From Camelus dromedarius (taxonomy: Eukaryota), in the NCBI RefSeq assembly GCF_036321535.1, contig NC_087436.1, positions 77,812,001 through 77,876,000 on the forward strand: a stretch of 64,000 nt of DNA, in the 5' to 3' direction. A program made the translations under genes and the position numbers. Below the pieces are notes generated by a model. The model worked only from the letters and a program-made list of their open reading frames with translations, searched no databases and was not told the DNA's origin. Position 1 is the stretch's first letter. Every line of letters begins with the position of its first letter. Of the stretch, positions 36,601 through 49,964 are shown in pieces.

Positions 36601-39126
36601 AATTAAATTTCATCCTCTGTCCATGAGGCTCTGGGGTAGCAGGAGACCAATAAGGCTGCACATTGTTGGAAACTCCATCTTGTGAGTCTCCACACGTTTG
36701 TGTACTCACCTGTCCCGGGAGTGAAGGAGTTCTGCATTTATCATCCAAAGCCCTGGGTTTTGCATTCTATCTGCCTCTAGCTGTATGACCTTGAGAAATT
36801 CACTTAACCTTTCCAAATCTTAATGAAATAGAGATCATGATAAATACCTCACAGACACATCATGAAAGCTAAATGGGACGCCCTGGGTCAACGGCTTTAC
36901 TAACTACAAATTCCTATACGAATGTACGTAGTTGCTATTAGCAGTTCTGCAGACCCAGGGCTTTGGGATTCAGCTAACCTCAGAACTCAGGCCAGCCTCA
37001 CCTCACCCAGCTACATCGCAAGCAGGAGCCAGGGTCTTAATTTACAGTGAGAAATCACACTGCCAAAAAGATTGGATAGTCATGTCAGTCGGTCCACTCA
37101 TTGCCTTCCCAGGAGAGAAATCTATTTGGGAAACTCAATTACCATCGGAGGTTGCTTGGCGAATACAGAATCAAAGCTGGAGGAGTTAGATTATCCCGGG
37201 AACATTCATTATCAGGAAGATAGAGCAAACTGATGCGTTCTCTTCCTTCTCTACAGAAAGAGGCCTGTCGAGCAGACTAGACATCTTCCCTTCTTTAGCT
37301 CAGGAAACTGCTCACAAAGATGCCCTTTCATCCTGTTTTTGAGGGCATCGTCCCCCTACTCAAGGTATTTATAACTACCTCAACTTCATCATTTCATGCA
37401 TTGTTATAATAAACCAATTCTCAGTTTCAAACTTTTGTATTTACTGAATTTTGCAAATAGACTGCTTCCTTGGTGACTACATGTGACCTACAATTCCCTG
37501 CTCTCTCCACAAAAACTTGGATGCAATCAAAGTTTCCCCCAAAGAAAGCTAATCTCATGTACCAGGCACGGCTTCCTTTCTGATCCAGTTAGTTGTCTTG
37601 TCTTCTTCCAGACAAATTATCTTGGACCTAAAAAATAAGAGCTCTCTACAACCGTGAATGATGATGATCACTGTAAGCTCTGCAGATCAATACCTTGATG
37701 GTCCATCATCATGACAGGATTAGAACCTACTGGTAAAGCATAGTCCTCAGTCCCCCTGGCCTTTCTTCCCAGCACACACTTACCACTAAATATATATATA
37801 TTTTTAAATCAGTTTTGCTTTGGAAGAATTTCATTAGTAAGGAAATGAAATAGTATTCAAGTCGCTGGACTACCAATACCCATTTCACTCTCACTGAGAG
37901 TCTTCTGCTCTTCTAGGGTGAGAGATTAACTATTAATAGATTGATCTGGTATTTGCATAAAAGCGAATATCCTGACAGATGTCACACGACATAGCAGAGG
38001 AAAGAATGTGGATTTCAGAGCCATGGAGTTGGAGGGTTCTGACACAGCCTCTCATTAGTAATGCAGCTTGGTCCAGTTACCCAACCACTCTGAATTTCAC
38101 TTTCTTCATCCATTACAAATACCTTCACCACTGATGAACCGCAACAATGAAAAATACTCCAGGATGACAAGGATTGAGACTGGCACGTTATAGGTACCAT
38201 GTAAAGGAACGCTATCATTATTGAGATCTTTGTATCCTTTAAAAATGCCTCTATCATTGTGAGTTTGAACTCAGGATTAGTCATGGCTTGCTATGTGGCC
38301 TTCCAAAACTCGGGGCCTTCCTGTTCCTGTTCATTATTTGAAAAGTAAAAGAAAAATGACACTTCTCATGTTTAAAAGTAATAAAGTGTGGTTAAATAAA
38401 GTTTCCTCAGCACAGTGCATTTTTTTTCTTATACATTTCAAAAAAGTGGCTCAGTGTATTACAGAACCTAAGTAAAGTTTATGGGGCAGACTCTTAAGAA
38501 ATGGTCTTCTTTGTAGAGAAACACAAACAGTATCTGTACAAATTTTCTCATCTGATCTCACCTGCTATTTCAGGAGAGAGACAGAGAAGTAACCCACAGC
38601 ATTACAGCCCTCTGACTTCAAAGCCTCTTAGTTTTTCAACTGCTGTTTGACTTGGAAAAACCATGGTCAGATGCTTAAGCTTAAAAAAAAAAATCAAACA
38701 CCATTTAAAGGTCCTGCTAACTGCTTCCCCAAGGTTTTATAACCTGATTCTTTTCCAAGAAGGAAAGAATAATCTGCAGCAGAAATACTATGTAATGAAA
38801 CATTTTCAGTGAGTCAGATGTTTTGCTTTCTAAAAATGTCCTAAGTGTTGACGACACGAGTGCCGCTCTTCTGCTGAACGGAGCAGGTGCAGAAAACAAA
38901 GAAAGACCTCAGACAAAAGGCCTGGTACGGAACACCAGGTGTAACACAGTCCTAAAGAAACCAAGGTAGGTTTTCTAATTTCTTCTCTTTAAATGAAGCT
39001 GTCTGGGTTGTTCGTTTTCTTGGCAAGGCCTTTCAGTTTTCTTGAGCCGCTCTTACCTCTGCCATCACATCTCTCGGTCAAAGAAGGGTTGCCTCCCTGT
39101 CTTCTAGTGAGCCCGTAGGAAAGGAG

Positions 39127-39515
39127 TATTAATCTGCTCAGGGTGCCATAACCAGATATCATAGACTGGGTGGCTTAAACAACAGAAATTTGTTCTCACA
39201 GCCTGGAGTCTAGAAGTTCACCATCAGGCTACTAGCAACTTTGGGTTCTGGTGAGAGCACTCTTCTGGCTTGCAGATGGTCGTCATCTGCTATACCCTTA
39301 TAAGATCCCTTTTTGTGTGAGGGTGGGGGTGGTGAAAGAGAGAGAGGCAGCTGGCTCTCTGGGGTCTCTTCCTGAAAAAGGCTCTAATTCCGTAATGAGA
39401 GCCCCACCTTCATGACTTCATCTAACTCATTATCTCCAAATGTCCATCTCTAAATACCATGACCTTGGGTATTAGGACCTCAACATGCAAATATTGGGGG
39501 GAACATAATTCAGTC
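39127..39515 (-). mobile_element. MaLR LTR (MLT1A/B-like)
   Basis: gtattaatctgctcagggtgccataac...gggtggcttaaacaacagaaattt...ggggggaacataattcagtcc. Confidence 0.85.
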
Positions 39516-39639
39516 CTCTCTCTGAAATGTAATGGCTTCGTGATTACCGGAGAGAGTATTTTTCAAATCACATGAGCCATCAACGTAAGCGTTACCTGGA
39601 GAACATTTTGTTCTGGTAAGTGTTTCTGTTTTGCAAACA

Positions 39640-40090
39640 ACAACAATCCATCCCTCAGCTTGGGCAGAGCATGGAAGCTCTGGCTTGTCTCTGCTCCACG
39701 AAAGGTCAGCAGGTGCTGCTTGAAGGTGACCCACCTCGGGGACTGGGATTTTCAGAGGACCAGTTTATTCATGCGACTGGGGGTTGTCGCTGGGTGACAG
39801 CCCTCAGCTGAGGGGTCAGCTGGAGCACTTACAAAGGGCCTCACCACACAGCTGCTTGGCTTCCTTACAGCCCAGTGGCTGGGTTCCAACAGGAAACATC
39901 CCAAGAGACAGGAAGTGAAAGCTACTGGTTTCTTAAGTCCCAGGCCAAGAAACCCGCACAGCATCCCGTCTACTGTGCCCCATCCATCAAGCAACGACTG
40001 TGCCCACAGTCAAGGAGAGGGGACGTGGAACTCAGCCCTCAATGCCAGGAGAGTCAAAGAATTTAGTACCATGTTTTAAAACTGCTACAC
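39640..40090 (-). mobile_element. Older MaLR LTR remnant (MLT1H-J-like)
   Basis: ggcttgtctctgctccac...ggcttccttacagc...ggaagtgaaagct...catgttttaaaactgctaca. Confidence 0.6.
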
Positions 40091-40179
40091 CTATTTAAAA
40101 CACAAATAGTTGAATTTTACCCTATGTCCACTGAATCAATATTCCCGTCTTGAAGCTGATATTCTAGCTTTTTAAAAAA

Positions 40180-41240
40180 AAATTTTAATTGAAGTATAGT
40201 TGCTTCACAATGTTGTGCTAGTTTCAGGTATGTAGCAAGTGATTCAGTTATACATGTATATTCTTTTTAAGATTCTTTCCCATTATAGGTTATTACAAGA
40301 TATTGAACAGTTTCCTGTGCTATACAGTAAGTAGGTCCTTGTTGTTTATCTATTTTATGCATAGTAGTGTGTATATGTTAATCCCAACTTCCAATCTATC
40401 CCTCCCCTCGTTTCCCATTTGGTAATAAAAATTTGTTTTCTATGTCTGTGAGTCTATTTTTGTTTTGTAAATAATTTCACTTGTTATCTTTTTTTAGATT
40501 TCATATATAAGTGATACCATATGATATCTGTCTTTCCCTGTCTGACTTACTTCACTTAATATGATAATCTCTAGGTCTATATAGAAATGTAACAGATTTC
40601 TGTGTATTAATTTTGTATCCTGAACTCTACCAAATTCATTGATGAGCTCTCATATTTTTCTGGTAGCATCTTTAGGATTTCCTACATATAGTACCATGTC
40701 ATCTGCCAACAGTGACAATTTTACTTCTTTTTTTCCAATTTAGAATCCTTTTATTTCTTTTTCTTCTTTGATTGCTGTGGCTAGGACTTCCAAAACTATG
40801 TTTATGTTGAATAAAAGTGGTGAGAGTGGGCAACCTTGTCTTGTTCCTGATATTAGAGGAAATGCTTTTAGCTTTTCGCCATTGAGCATGATGTTAGCTG
40901 TGGGTTTGTCATATATGGCCGTTATTATGTTGAGGTATGTTCTGTCTATGCCCACTTTCTGGAGAGTTTTTATCATAAATGGAGGTTGAAGTTTATCAAA
41001 AGCTTTTTCTGCATCTATTGAGATGATTATATGGTTTTCATTCTTCAATTTGTTAACGTGGTGTACCACATTAATTGATTTTCAGATGTTGAAAAACCCC
41101 TGCACCCCTGGGATAAATCCTACTTGATCATGGTGTGTGATCCTTTTAATGTATCATTGGAGTCATTTTGTTGAGAGTTTTTGCACATATGTTCCTCAGT
41201 GATACTGGCCTATAATTTTCTGTTTTTGTGTGATATCCTT
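40180..41240 (-). mobile_element. L1 with internal deletion (3' UTR fused to ORF2 RT region)
   Basis: 3' end to about 40580, directly followed by ORF2 RT sequence (ORF 40740-41069: [12 protein letters not shown]...[14 protein letters not shown]). Confidence 0.9.
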
Positions 41241-42939
41241 GCTGCTGGTAATCTAGTTTTAATAGATATACCCAAACTTTTCTTAAGCTAGCAAAACTTT
41301 GATTGCTATATCATCTTGGAACTTCCTATTTTAAAATTTCCACTGCCCTTAAGTTTCTTTAGCCAAGAGTATTTCATGGTATCAACAACCAGCATCCTTC
41401 ATGCAATGGGAGAGGTCTATTCTAAACTTGGATTCTCCCCATACTATAAGCAGAGCAGAGCACGGAGAAGGTGGAAGGACCTGAGTAAGGGCAGGGCTGG
41501 TAATCCTGAAGTTCTAATGGTGTGCAGCCACTGTGCAGCCGCACAGCTGGCAGGAAACTTCAGCTGATCTTCCTCCCGCAGCAGCCCTCATGTTTAGGAC
41601 ACATGTTTATTTTGGAGATTCGGAGGTAGATGAGACAGAAGAAGTAAGGCAGATCGTAAGGGCCCAGAATGAAGCTAGATACCTCAGGAGGCAACCAGAG
41701 CTCCATCCAACTAAGAGGCTCTGGGAAAAGGCATCAACGCATACACAGCAGAGTCATCCTGCCAAGGGGCAAGGGAGCTGGGATGCTTCTATTCCCAGCC
41801 TCAGGTAACATGTAAGGATGCCCCTAGGGAGTCATTAATCCCTAGGTCTTCCAATAGGCAAGGCGGGGTCCATCAGCCCAAGAGCGGGTACTGGCGGCTG
41901 TCTGTGGAAATGGTGAGGGGCTCAAGATGATGTGGGTAGAACACACTCACGACGTGTCAGAAGCTCTCACCTTGTGCTCAGGCTTTAATTGGAACAAGTC
42001 AGAGTAAGGACTTGGACACATGAGGATTTCCAACTGGTTCTGTGTGATTAGTCTCTGTTCTATTGTTTTAGAGTCTACCTGGGAACTCTTCATTTTCTTT
42101 GGAGGTAAAGAGTGTGCCTAACTGAGAAACCTGCATTATTTTATCTTTTCTCTGAAGAAAGCAACCTCTTATTGATGAAAGAATCAGCTTTTGGAGCACT
42201 TGTGACATCGTTTCCAGATGTGAGCTTTGCAGACATACACTGGCCAGATCCAGAGGAGCCCAGGTCACGGTACAAGAGCAGATGCCTGAAAGCTTTGGGG
42301 ATATCTTTGATTCCATTAAGACCCTGGCTTTGCAGGCTACTTTGATGTCATCTCTCCCAGTTTATTGTGGTGTGTTTCACTCTACAAGCTGGGGAAACAT
42401 CTGGGCTATTTCAGCTGGCTTCACTCTTTTAGGTGGTGTTTGGGAATATTATTTGGAAAGGGCCGTGCTGGAAATTACCGGTGATCACATATGTGCCAGT
42501 TTTGCACTTCCTAGTGTTCTTTTGCATTGCTCTGCCTTATCTCTAAGTCAGTCCCAGAACCACCCAGAAGACCCTTTAAATGCCAGTCTCCATATTCACT
42601 CTCACTAGAAGGCAAGGAAATTGCAAGGCAGCTAATAAGTTCTGATGACAATGTTCTAGACTAGAGTGAAAACAAGGATCTAATTATTCATTTAGGAGGG
42701 GGATTGGGAGGCGATCCCAATTATTTTGGTTATATTTCTTTGATTTGTAAATCCATCTATCGTACTAAATGCATATCATTTTTCTCCCCCACAGGAGCTG
42801 ATTCTCTTCCTAGGCATTTCTACTGAGTAGAAACCCAAATTACAGAACAGATAGAAGAAAACATAAGATACTATCGATGACACTGAAGGAGGGAACATTT
42901 TCTTAAGGCATAAAAATTACTCCTCTTTTGCTTTAGAAG

Positions 42940-43390
42940 CAAATTCAGACTCTAATCTGGCCTACAAAGGCTGACAGGCTGATCCTGGACATCATCTCTC
43001 CCCACACCCCCTTCCCCCCTCACAGACCTTAGCTCTGCCTGCTCAACACAACAAGCCCACTGTGGGGCCTTTGCCCTTGCTGGGAATGCTATGATCTGTG
43101 CCTGGGTGGCTTGTGTTCATCATTCAAGCCTCAGTTTTAATGTCACCTCCTCAGAGAAGCCTTCCTTCCCTGACAGCACCATCTTATGCACCTCAACTTT
43201 CACCTTACTTGCAACTTAACCACTGCCAGAAATTATCTGATTTTTTTGTTTGTTTGTTTGCTTACTTATTGTCAGTTTTCTCCACTAGAGAGTTTCATTA
43301 GAACAGAGCTCTGACCTCGATTCAGGACTGTATTCCCAATATATGGCAACAGTCAGTCCTCAATAAACACTTGTTGGATGGATAAATAAA
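42940..43390 (+). mobile_element. L2 3' end
   Basis: ggcctacaaagg...ggggcctttgcccttgc...aatgtcacctcctcagagaagccttcc...ctcaataaacacttgttggatg. Confidence 0.75.
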
Positions 43391-43495
43391 TTAAAAGAGA
43401 TGCTTATTGGCAGAACAGAGGGTTTGATAAGTTTAGAAGCAAGACTAAAAGAAGCAGGAGATGAAGGAGCTAAGAAAAAGAGTGAGAGGGGTCAG

Positions 43496-43590
43496 GTAAC
43501 GGCTATGTAGCTCAGTAGTAGAGTACCTGCCTAGCGTACACAAGGTCCTGGGTTCAATCCTCAGTACCCTCATTAAAAAAGAAAAAGAAA
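43496..43590 (+). mobile_element. vic-1-like SINE
   Basis: tgtagctcagtagtagagt...ggtcctgggttcaatcctcagtacc followed by A-tail. Confidence 0.85.
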
Positions 43591-44620
43591 ATGAGAAAGA
43601 GTCCCAAGGGTAATAAGAATAGAAACAGAAGGCAGGGGCATCCCCCCTCTGTTGGGCAGGCCTGCTCAACTACCCACTCCTTCCCGTTGTGGCTTCAAGC
43701 TCAGCAGAATAAAATAATAAAAATTTTTAAAAATTTTAAAAAAAAAGGTGCAAGGGGTAAGAATCAGCCACTATCGCCCTCTCCAGCCCACCTCTGTGCT
43801 AAGCTCCCAGCCTTCTCATTCCCTGCAAAAGGCCTGGAGCCGAATAACCAGCGGCTGCAGCATCCTGCCTGCACCAAGGCAGGCAGCTTACTCAAGCCCA
43901 TGGGAGGACCAGGATGTTGGTCACCATGTCCCTTTTTCTCCTTCTGGGCCCATTTATTCCTGGCTCCTGCATCTCCCTTAGGAGCCAGAATCCAGGACCT
44001 AAAAGACTTTGGAAGGGCAAAGTTGATTTCCAACAGTGAGCTGATGGATGACCTTAATCATAGCCAGAGCCTACATTTATATAACTAGCTGAGTTCATCT
44101 CTTCCTGTGCACTACTCCCTTTAAGGTCACAACCTCTCTATGAGGTAATTATTATTATCCCCACTTCTCAGCTGAGCAAACTGAAGCTTAGAGAATTAAA
44201 CCACTTTCTGCATCACACAGCTCGCAAATGATAGAAATGGCATATAAACCCAGGTCTAAATGCTCTTAAGTGTCATTTCTCCCAGATGAGTAAACTTGCA
44301 CTTAAACCGTCCTCCTGACTTTGGTATCTTGTTCTCAGTTTAACTGAGTAATTCATTCCTTCTTCTTCCATTACGGGGATGAGGGATAAATGACCTAAAT
44401 ACAGTCATCTACTTTTCTCTCATTAGCCGCTGTGAATTCCAAAGAAATGCCGAGATGTTGCACATCTCTTTATTCTTTTTCACACAAGGTAATTGTAGGG
44501 ATTTTTTTTATTGTTTGCTTTTTGAGCAACTCCCTCCTTGCCTGCCCTAGACCCCAGAAAGCCTCTTCATTTCCTTTAAATCAGACAAGTGTCTGCTACC
44601 TGCGCCACACTTTCTGTGCC

Positions 44621-44640
44621 GTGCTGCCCTCTAGTGGCCA
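44621..44640 (-). promoter_or_regulatory. Strong CTCF binding motif
   Basis: Minus strand reads TGGCCACTAGAGGGCAGCAC, a near-canonical CTCF motif in non-repeat sequence. Confidence 0.75.
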
Positions 44641-45999
44641 AAGTAAATTCAGCCTCTGCTAAGTAACAGGCATCTTAAGGGCTCATAAGCTTCTTTAGGA
44701 GCCCAGAGATAAACGAAGTAGGGCCAAACCTACACTCGATTACTCTTTAAAATAGTCTGCCTGCACTTATTAAATGGCACAGGGGCAAACAATTTTCTGT
44801 GTATACCCAGTAACCCAGAATTGGGATGTGAGTTCAGAAGGACTGAGAGACACTTCAAAATGAAACGTGCTTTGTTTCATCGACTTCGGATGCGGAAGCA
44901 TTTCTTAGTCTTTCTCTCTCCATTGATCAGAAACTAGGAAAAAGCTGTAAAGTGCTCAGAGAAGACAGCGGTGGTAATTAATGTGTGCTCTACAAGCAAG
45001 GCCTTCCTGGTACATGTCACAGAGGGAGCATAAATCAGAGGGCACTGATGTTTTTTACAGTGAAATATAAATGTGGAAAACATCCCACTTCTTAGAATTT
45101 CTGGCACTTTCTTGTGACTCTGACGGAAGAAGTGGGGGCTTTGCAGGAAGGTGGGGAGGCTGGTAATAATTCTCTAAAAGCCTCATGTTAGAAGAAAGTA
45201 CAGGTGGAAGTTGTGCGTATATTCAAGATATTCGTCTGCGGCCCCTTTTAGAGTTTGGGTATCAGAAAAACGCGAACTCGGAGGTGTGTCTGTGTAAGGT
45301 TACAAGATTGACCAGGTTGACTGAATTAACCCATGATTCAGTCAAACGGGTTTAACAGATTCTTTCCTTCCCTGAACCCAACAGTCTTTTTGATGATAAC
45401 ATAGACCAGCAAAATGAGCCCAGTGCATTAGGCCAGACCACAAAGCATGGTCTCAGATTGCAAGAATTCTGATTTGGACTCAGTTCAAGGTCGCTTTGAC
45501 TTAGGTTTTCTTAGCAAAGCAGCAAGAACAGTGCAAACTTAATCCATGACATCAAGGATGCTAATGGGTAGATGCTACTTGCAAAAGTCTCCCATATTCG
45601 TCTCCTTGGGACATCCAAAGGTCAGTGGTCAGTGTGGCCCATGTGGGGTGATGAGCTTCCCAGCACAATGGAGCCACACACAGATCTGACCGGGACACCT
45701 ACCTGTGCCTGGTCGTCTCGGACTTAAGGAGGAATACAGCAGTAGGGGAGAACTTGGGGCTATTTCTCTAGTAGAGGGTAAATGTTTTCAATATAAAGTA
45801 TATTTATTTGAAGAAGGGTATGGATGGATGGCAGATTGTCCAAGGAGTACAAGGGGTGAAATATATTTTCCCTACTAAAAGATCCCTGAATCTATACACA
45901 GATAAAGCATTCTTTGCAGGTCAAATTGGTCATGTGACATCGCCAAAGAGAGCTAGAAATCTCTGGTAAGGCCAACCTTCCCCAAGTAAAAAGGCAAGG

Positions 46000-46265
46000 T
46001 CTTGTTAGGAAGACAGGATGACCATCAAATTTCTTTTATCCCTTTGCTCACAACCTGGAATACAAACAGGAGGCTGGGTGATACAGCAACCATCTTGTGA
46101 CTATGAGGCAACAAGCATGAAAATGAGGGCTTAAATGTTAAAGGTGGTGGATGGGTCACTAATGGAACTGCTGAGCCACCACACCTGCGTTGGACTGGCT
46201 TCTCTTCCCTGCATTTCTTTGTGAGACCAAAAAAATCCTAATGTTTAAATCACTTGTAATGTCCT
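46000..46265 (+). mobile_element. Old LTR remnant (LTR33/MLT1-like)
   Basis: cctggaat...cagcaaccatcttgtgactatgagg...tgtttaaatcac. Confidence 0.5.
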
Positions 46266-46382
46266 GTTGGTCCCAGCCCACGATGGTAATGCTCTGGGCT
46301 AGGAATGCCTGAGGCACTTGCCTGGGACCCTATCGTTCCTAGCAAGGCCCAGAGACATTTCCAACCCCATCCCTAAGGCCAA

Positions 46383-46858
46383 TGTTGTATCTGGGCCCAT
46401 CCTTGCAGTTCTGATTATGATCATAGGATACACTTCAGGGGAAAAAAAATCAAGGAACTTTAAGAAACAAGTTTTATCACCCAGAGATCCTAGAAAGTAC
46501 AGCTGAGGACGACACAGCAAAGTCATGAGGAGAGAAAGATAAGGAGTGGGGACCTGGGGCTCTGCATTTTTATTAGGGTCCAAGGGAAAGGTGTCTGGGG
46601 TTTTTCAGGGTCACTCATTATGGGCTAATTCAAAGCATGAGAGGGTATTGGGGCTCAGGAGAGTGGAGGAAGGGCCCCTCAAGGGGTCAGTTATCTAGGT
46701 GGTCCAGGGAAGTTCATGCATGTGGGTGGCCTAGTTCCTTATCTGGTTATTTGCCAGGAGCAGAGTCATAGAGCTGCAGATATGTTTAATTGAAATAGAT
46801 GTCTTTTGAAATGGATGCTTCCACAATCAAAAGCTTAATGTCAGGCCCTTACACTACT
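46383..46858 (-). mobile_element. Probable ERV solo LTR
   Basis: Starts TGTTGTA, with a reverse poly(A) signal (tttatt) near 46569 and LTR-like composition; family not recognised. Confidence 0.45.
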
Positions 46859-46916
46859 ATCCCATTCTCCTAGAGTTTTCCGTCTCTTATAACTGAATAA
46901 TACATTCCTGACAGAC

Positions 46917-47290
46917 CGTCTTCCTTTGCTCAGGCTACCATAACCAAATACCACAGACCTGGGGGCTTAAACAAAAAGAAATTTGTTTCTCACAGTTGGG
47001 AAGCCAGAAGTCCAAGATGAAGGTGCCCAGCAGGTTCCGTGTCTGGTGAGGGCCCTCTCCTGGCTAGCCGACGGCCACCTTCTTGCCGGGCCCTCACATG
47101 GCTTCTCCTGAGTGCCTGCTAGTGGAAAGACTATTGCTCTCTCTTCCTCTTTTTATAAGGTCACTCATCCCATCACAAAGGTCCCACCCTCAGTATACAG
47201 TCCAAACCCAATCACTTCTCAAAGGTCCCCACATTCAGATATGATCAACATTTGAATCTTGAAGGGAACATAAACATTCCGCTTACAACA
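46917..47290 (-). mobile_element. MaLR LTR (MLT1A/B-like)
   Basis: ggctaccataaccaaataccacagac...ggcttaaacaa...tctggtgagggccctctcc...ttttataagg. Confidence 0.85.
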
Positions 47291-48504
47291 CAGATACATC
47301 TACAAGGCAATATATAAGTTATAGAGGCTTACCAAGGTTCCTTTAACTGTTCTGTGCTTTCGCTCGGGATGTGCAGACCTGTCCTGTAAGTCACAGTACA
47401 GAGCAAGGACATTGGCAAGGCTATTCTTGGAAACAAAAATCAAAGGTTAGCACTTGACCCATTTGAAAATTAGCACAATTTATCTTATTAGGCTACACCC
47501 ACATAGATAGAGAATACAGTTTGTTTAGAAGTATTCATTCAGTTATTTGATTCATAAAATTTAACTTTATTTGTTGGATTCAGGTTGTAAATAACCAAAA
47601 AATGATTTCTATTTGGCATTCAACTTTAGAGATGCATATCATTTTTTTTAAATGACACACATAGACATAGGGACACTTTTGATCTTTATTTCAGTACCCA
47701 GCCTGTGTCCAGCATCTCTCTTTTTTTATTGACAGAAACTCCTCTGAGAAATCATGAGGAGGAATAACCCATGCTGTGAATAGCCGTAAAATCATCAGAG
47801 TACCATGGATCACTAGGAACTGACCTACACTGTGAATTAATAAAAATTTGTAAAGGAATGGATTGGAGTAGTACATTTGAAAAAGAAATTTGACAGTGAG
47901 ATACAAGATGTCTTTGTGTTGGTTCAGCAGCAAAGTATCTGGGTATCATTGCAAGAGAGCTGTTAGCATCAGAGGGACACATAAATGTATGCCTAATAGT
48001 GACTCACTACTGTAATTTTAGGTCATAATTATGCCTTGCATTTTTATGTGTTCTTGTGTTTTCTGTTGAATGCTTCTATTAAAGAATCAAAGCAAAAAAA
48101 AAGCAATGAGAACATTTTAAGACAGTTCATTGGACTCTTGAAATTTTTTTTGCTCCTAATAGTTGCAAAGAACACTAAAGATAGAGTATATTTTAAAAGT
48201 TCCCTTTCACATCCATAAATCACTCAGCATTATATAAGAACCCCCTAGGTTTGTAAACCACAGCTTTATATACCACAAGAGGTTGGTTTTTTCCTTACTC
48301 AGTAAGCTAACACCTTCTTGCAGTTTCCGCTGGGATCCTGGCAGGGCTTTGAACACAGTGTAAGGTAATGAAGTAGAGGACATTTCGAGGTTCGGTGTTA
48401 GAAACTGTGCCCAGAGAGAAAGTTGGGGTTTATTTGTTTGTTTCTTTGTTTGAGATTGACAACACTTAGGTATGTTGCATTCTTTTTTAAAAGGTAAAAG
48501 ACCG

Positions 48505-48580
48505 ATTTTATTTATTTTTTTAATTGAAGTATAGTCGATTAACAATGTGTTAGTATCTGGTGTACAGCACAGTGATTCAG

Positions 48581-48612
<32 letters not shown>

Positions 48613-48974
48613 CTTTTCATTATAGGCTATAATAAGGTATTGAATTTAGTTCCCTGTGCTGTACAGTAGGACTTGTTACTTATCTATTTTATATATAGTA
48701 GTTTGTATCTGCAAAATCCTGAACTCCCAATTTTTCCCTCCCCCTCCTTTCCCTTCAGTAACCATAAGTTTGTTTTCTATGTCTATGAGTCTGTTTCTAT
48801 TTTATAAATAAGTTCATTTGTGTCATTTTTTTTTAGATTCCACATATGAGTGATCTCATATGGTATTTGTCTTTCTCTTTCTGGCTTACTTTACTTAGTA
48901 TGACAATCTCCAGGCCCATCTGGGTTGCTGCAAATGGCATTATTTTATTCTTTTTTAAGTCTGAGTAGTATTCC

Positions 48975-49008
<34 letters not shown>

Positions 49009-49120
49009 CTCACCACAATTTATCCATTCATCTGTTGATGGACATTTAGTTTGCTTCCATGTCTTGGCTTTTGTGAATAGTGTTGCTATGAACACTGGGA
49101 TGCATGTATCTTTTCTAATT
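48505..49120 (-). mobile_element. 5'-truncated L1
   Basis: ORF 48955-49140 contains FIATLFTKAKTWKQTKCPSTDEWI; degenerate TSD taaaagaccgatttta/taaaaggccagtttta. Confidence 0.95.
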
Positions 49121-49964
49121 AAAAGGCCAGTTTTAATCATAACATATTTGGGAAGCAGTTAGACCAAAATATACCCCATACGTTGTGCCAAATGCTTCCT
49201 GCTACGGCCAATATGTGCTGAACTTTGGACACTGCCTGAGCCATTGTGGTTCACAGTCAGACTTAAGTGACCCAAGAAGCCATGTCTTGCCCTGTGGGGA
49301 TTCCTAGCCTCTCCTTTCCCTAGCCCCTTTTCTGAGACACTAGAGAGATTATCTAGATTTTCTGTTGACTTTTGAAGGTAGTCCTTGAAGTCTTGATCAA
49401 ACTAGGTTTTCTATGACTGCTCTAGAAGTACTTAGAGCTCTATATTGAAAGGAATGAATACTTCAGGAACCCTTTGGGCATGTAAACAAGCCTGCCCTGA
49501 GTACTTGTCTTAGGTTCAAAATGCCTGGTCCCATTTCTTTCCCCAAGTTCTTTCTCTCCCCTCACACACACACCTCCAAGGGGCCAGATATTCATATAGA
49601 CTCAGAAAATACCTCTCTTGTAGGACTTAGGGATAAAGTTGTGGCTCATTTTAACTATCTAGACTATAGTCTCGCCCTTATAAATGATTCAAGTCTGTCC
49701 AAATAGAAATTAACAATCTGAAGTTACCCAAAAAAAAGGAAAGATGGAAAGAAGGAAGTGAGGGGAGGGGAGGAGGGAGGGAGAGACAGGTAAGGGTGGG
49801 AAGATGCAGCAGAATATCCAACTACAAATGACTTATTGCATTTCATAATAGAAGATTTGAGTTTTACTGATTTATTTCTTGGTAAAAAGATGTGTTTTTT
49901 AATTCCACAATTTACATCATGTTATGAATCTTTGAGTCTTTCTTCGTATCTAAGAAAGCTTTGG

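Noticed and set aside
43591..44088. 165-aa ORF
   Set aside because: Starts next to a SINE tail, has no recognisable domain, and overlapping frames are equally open.
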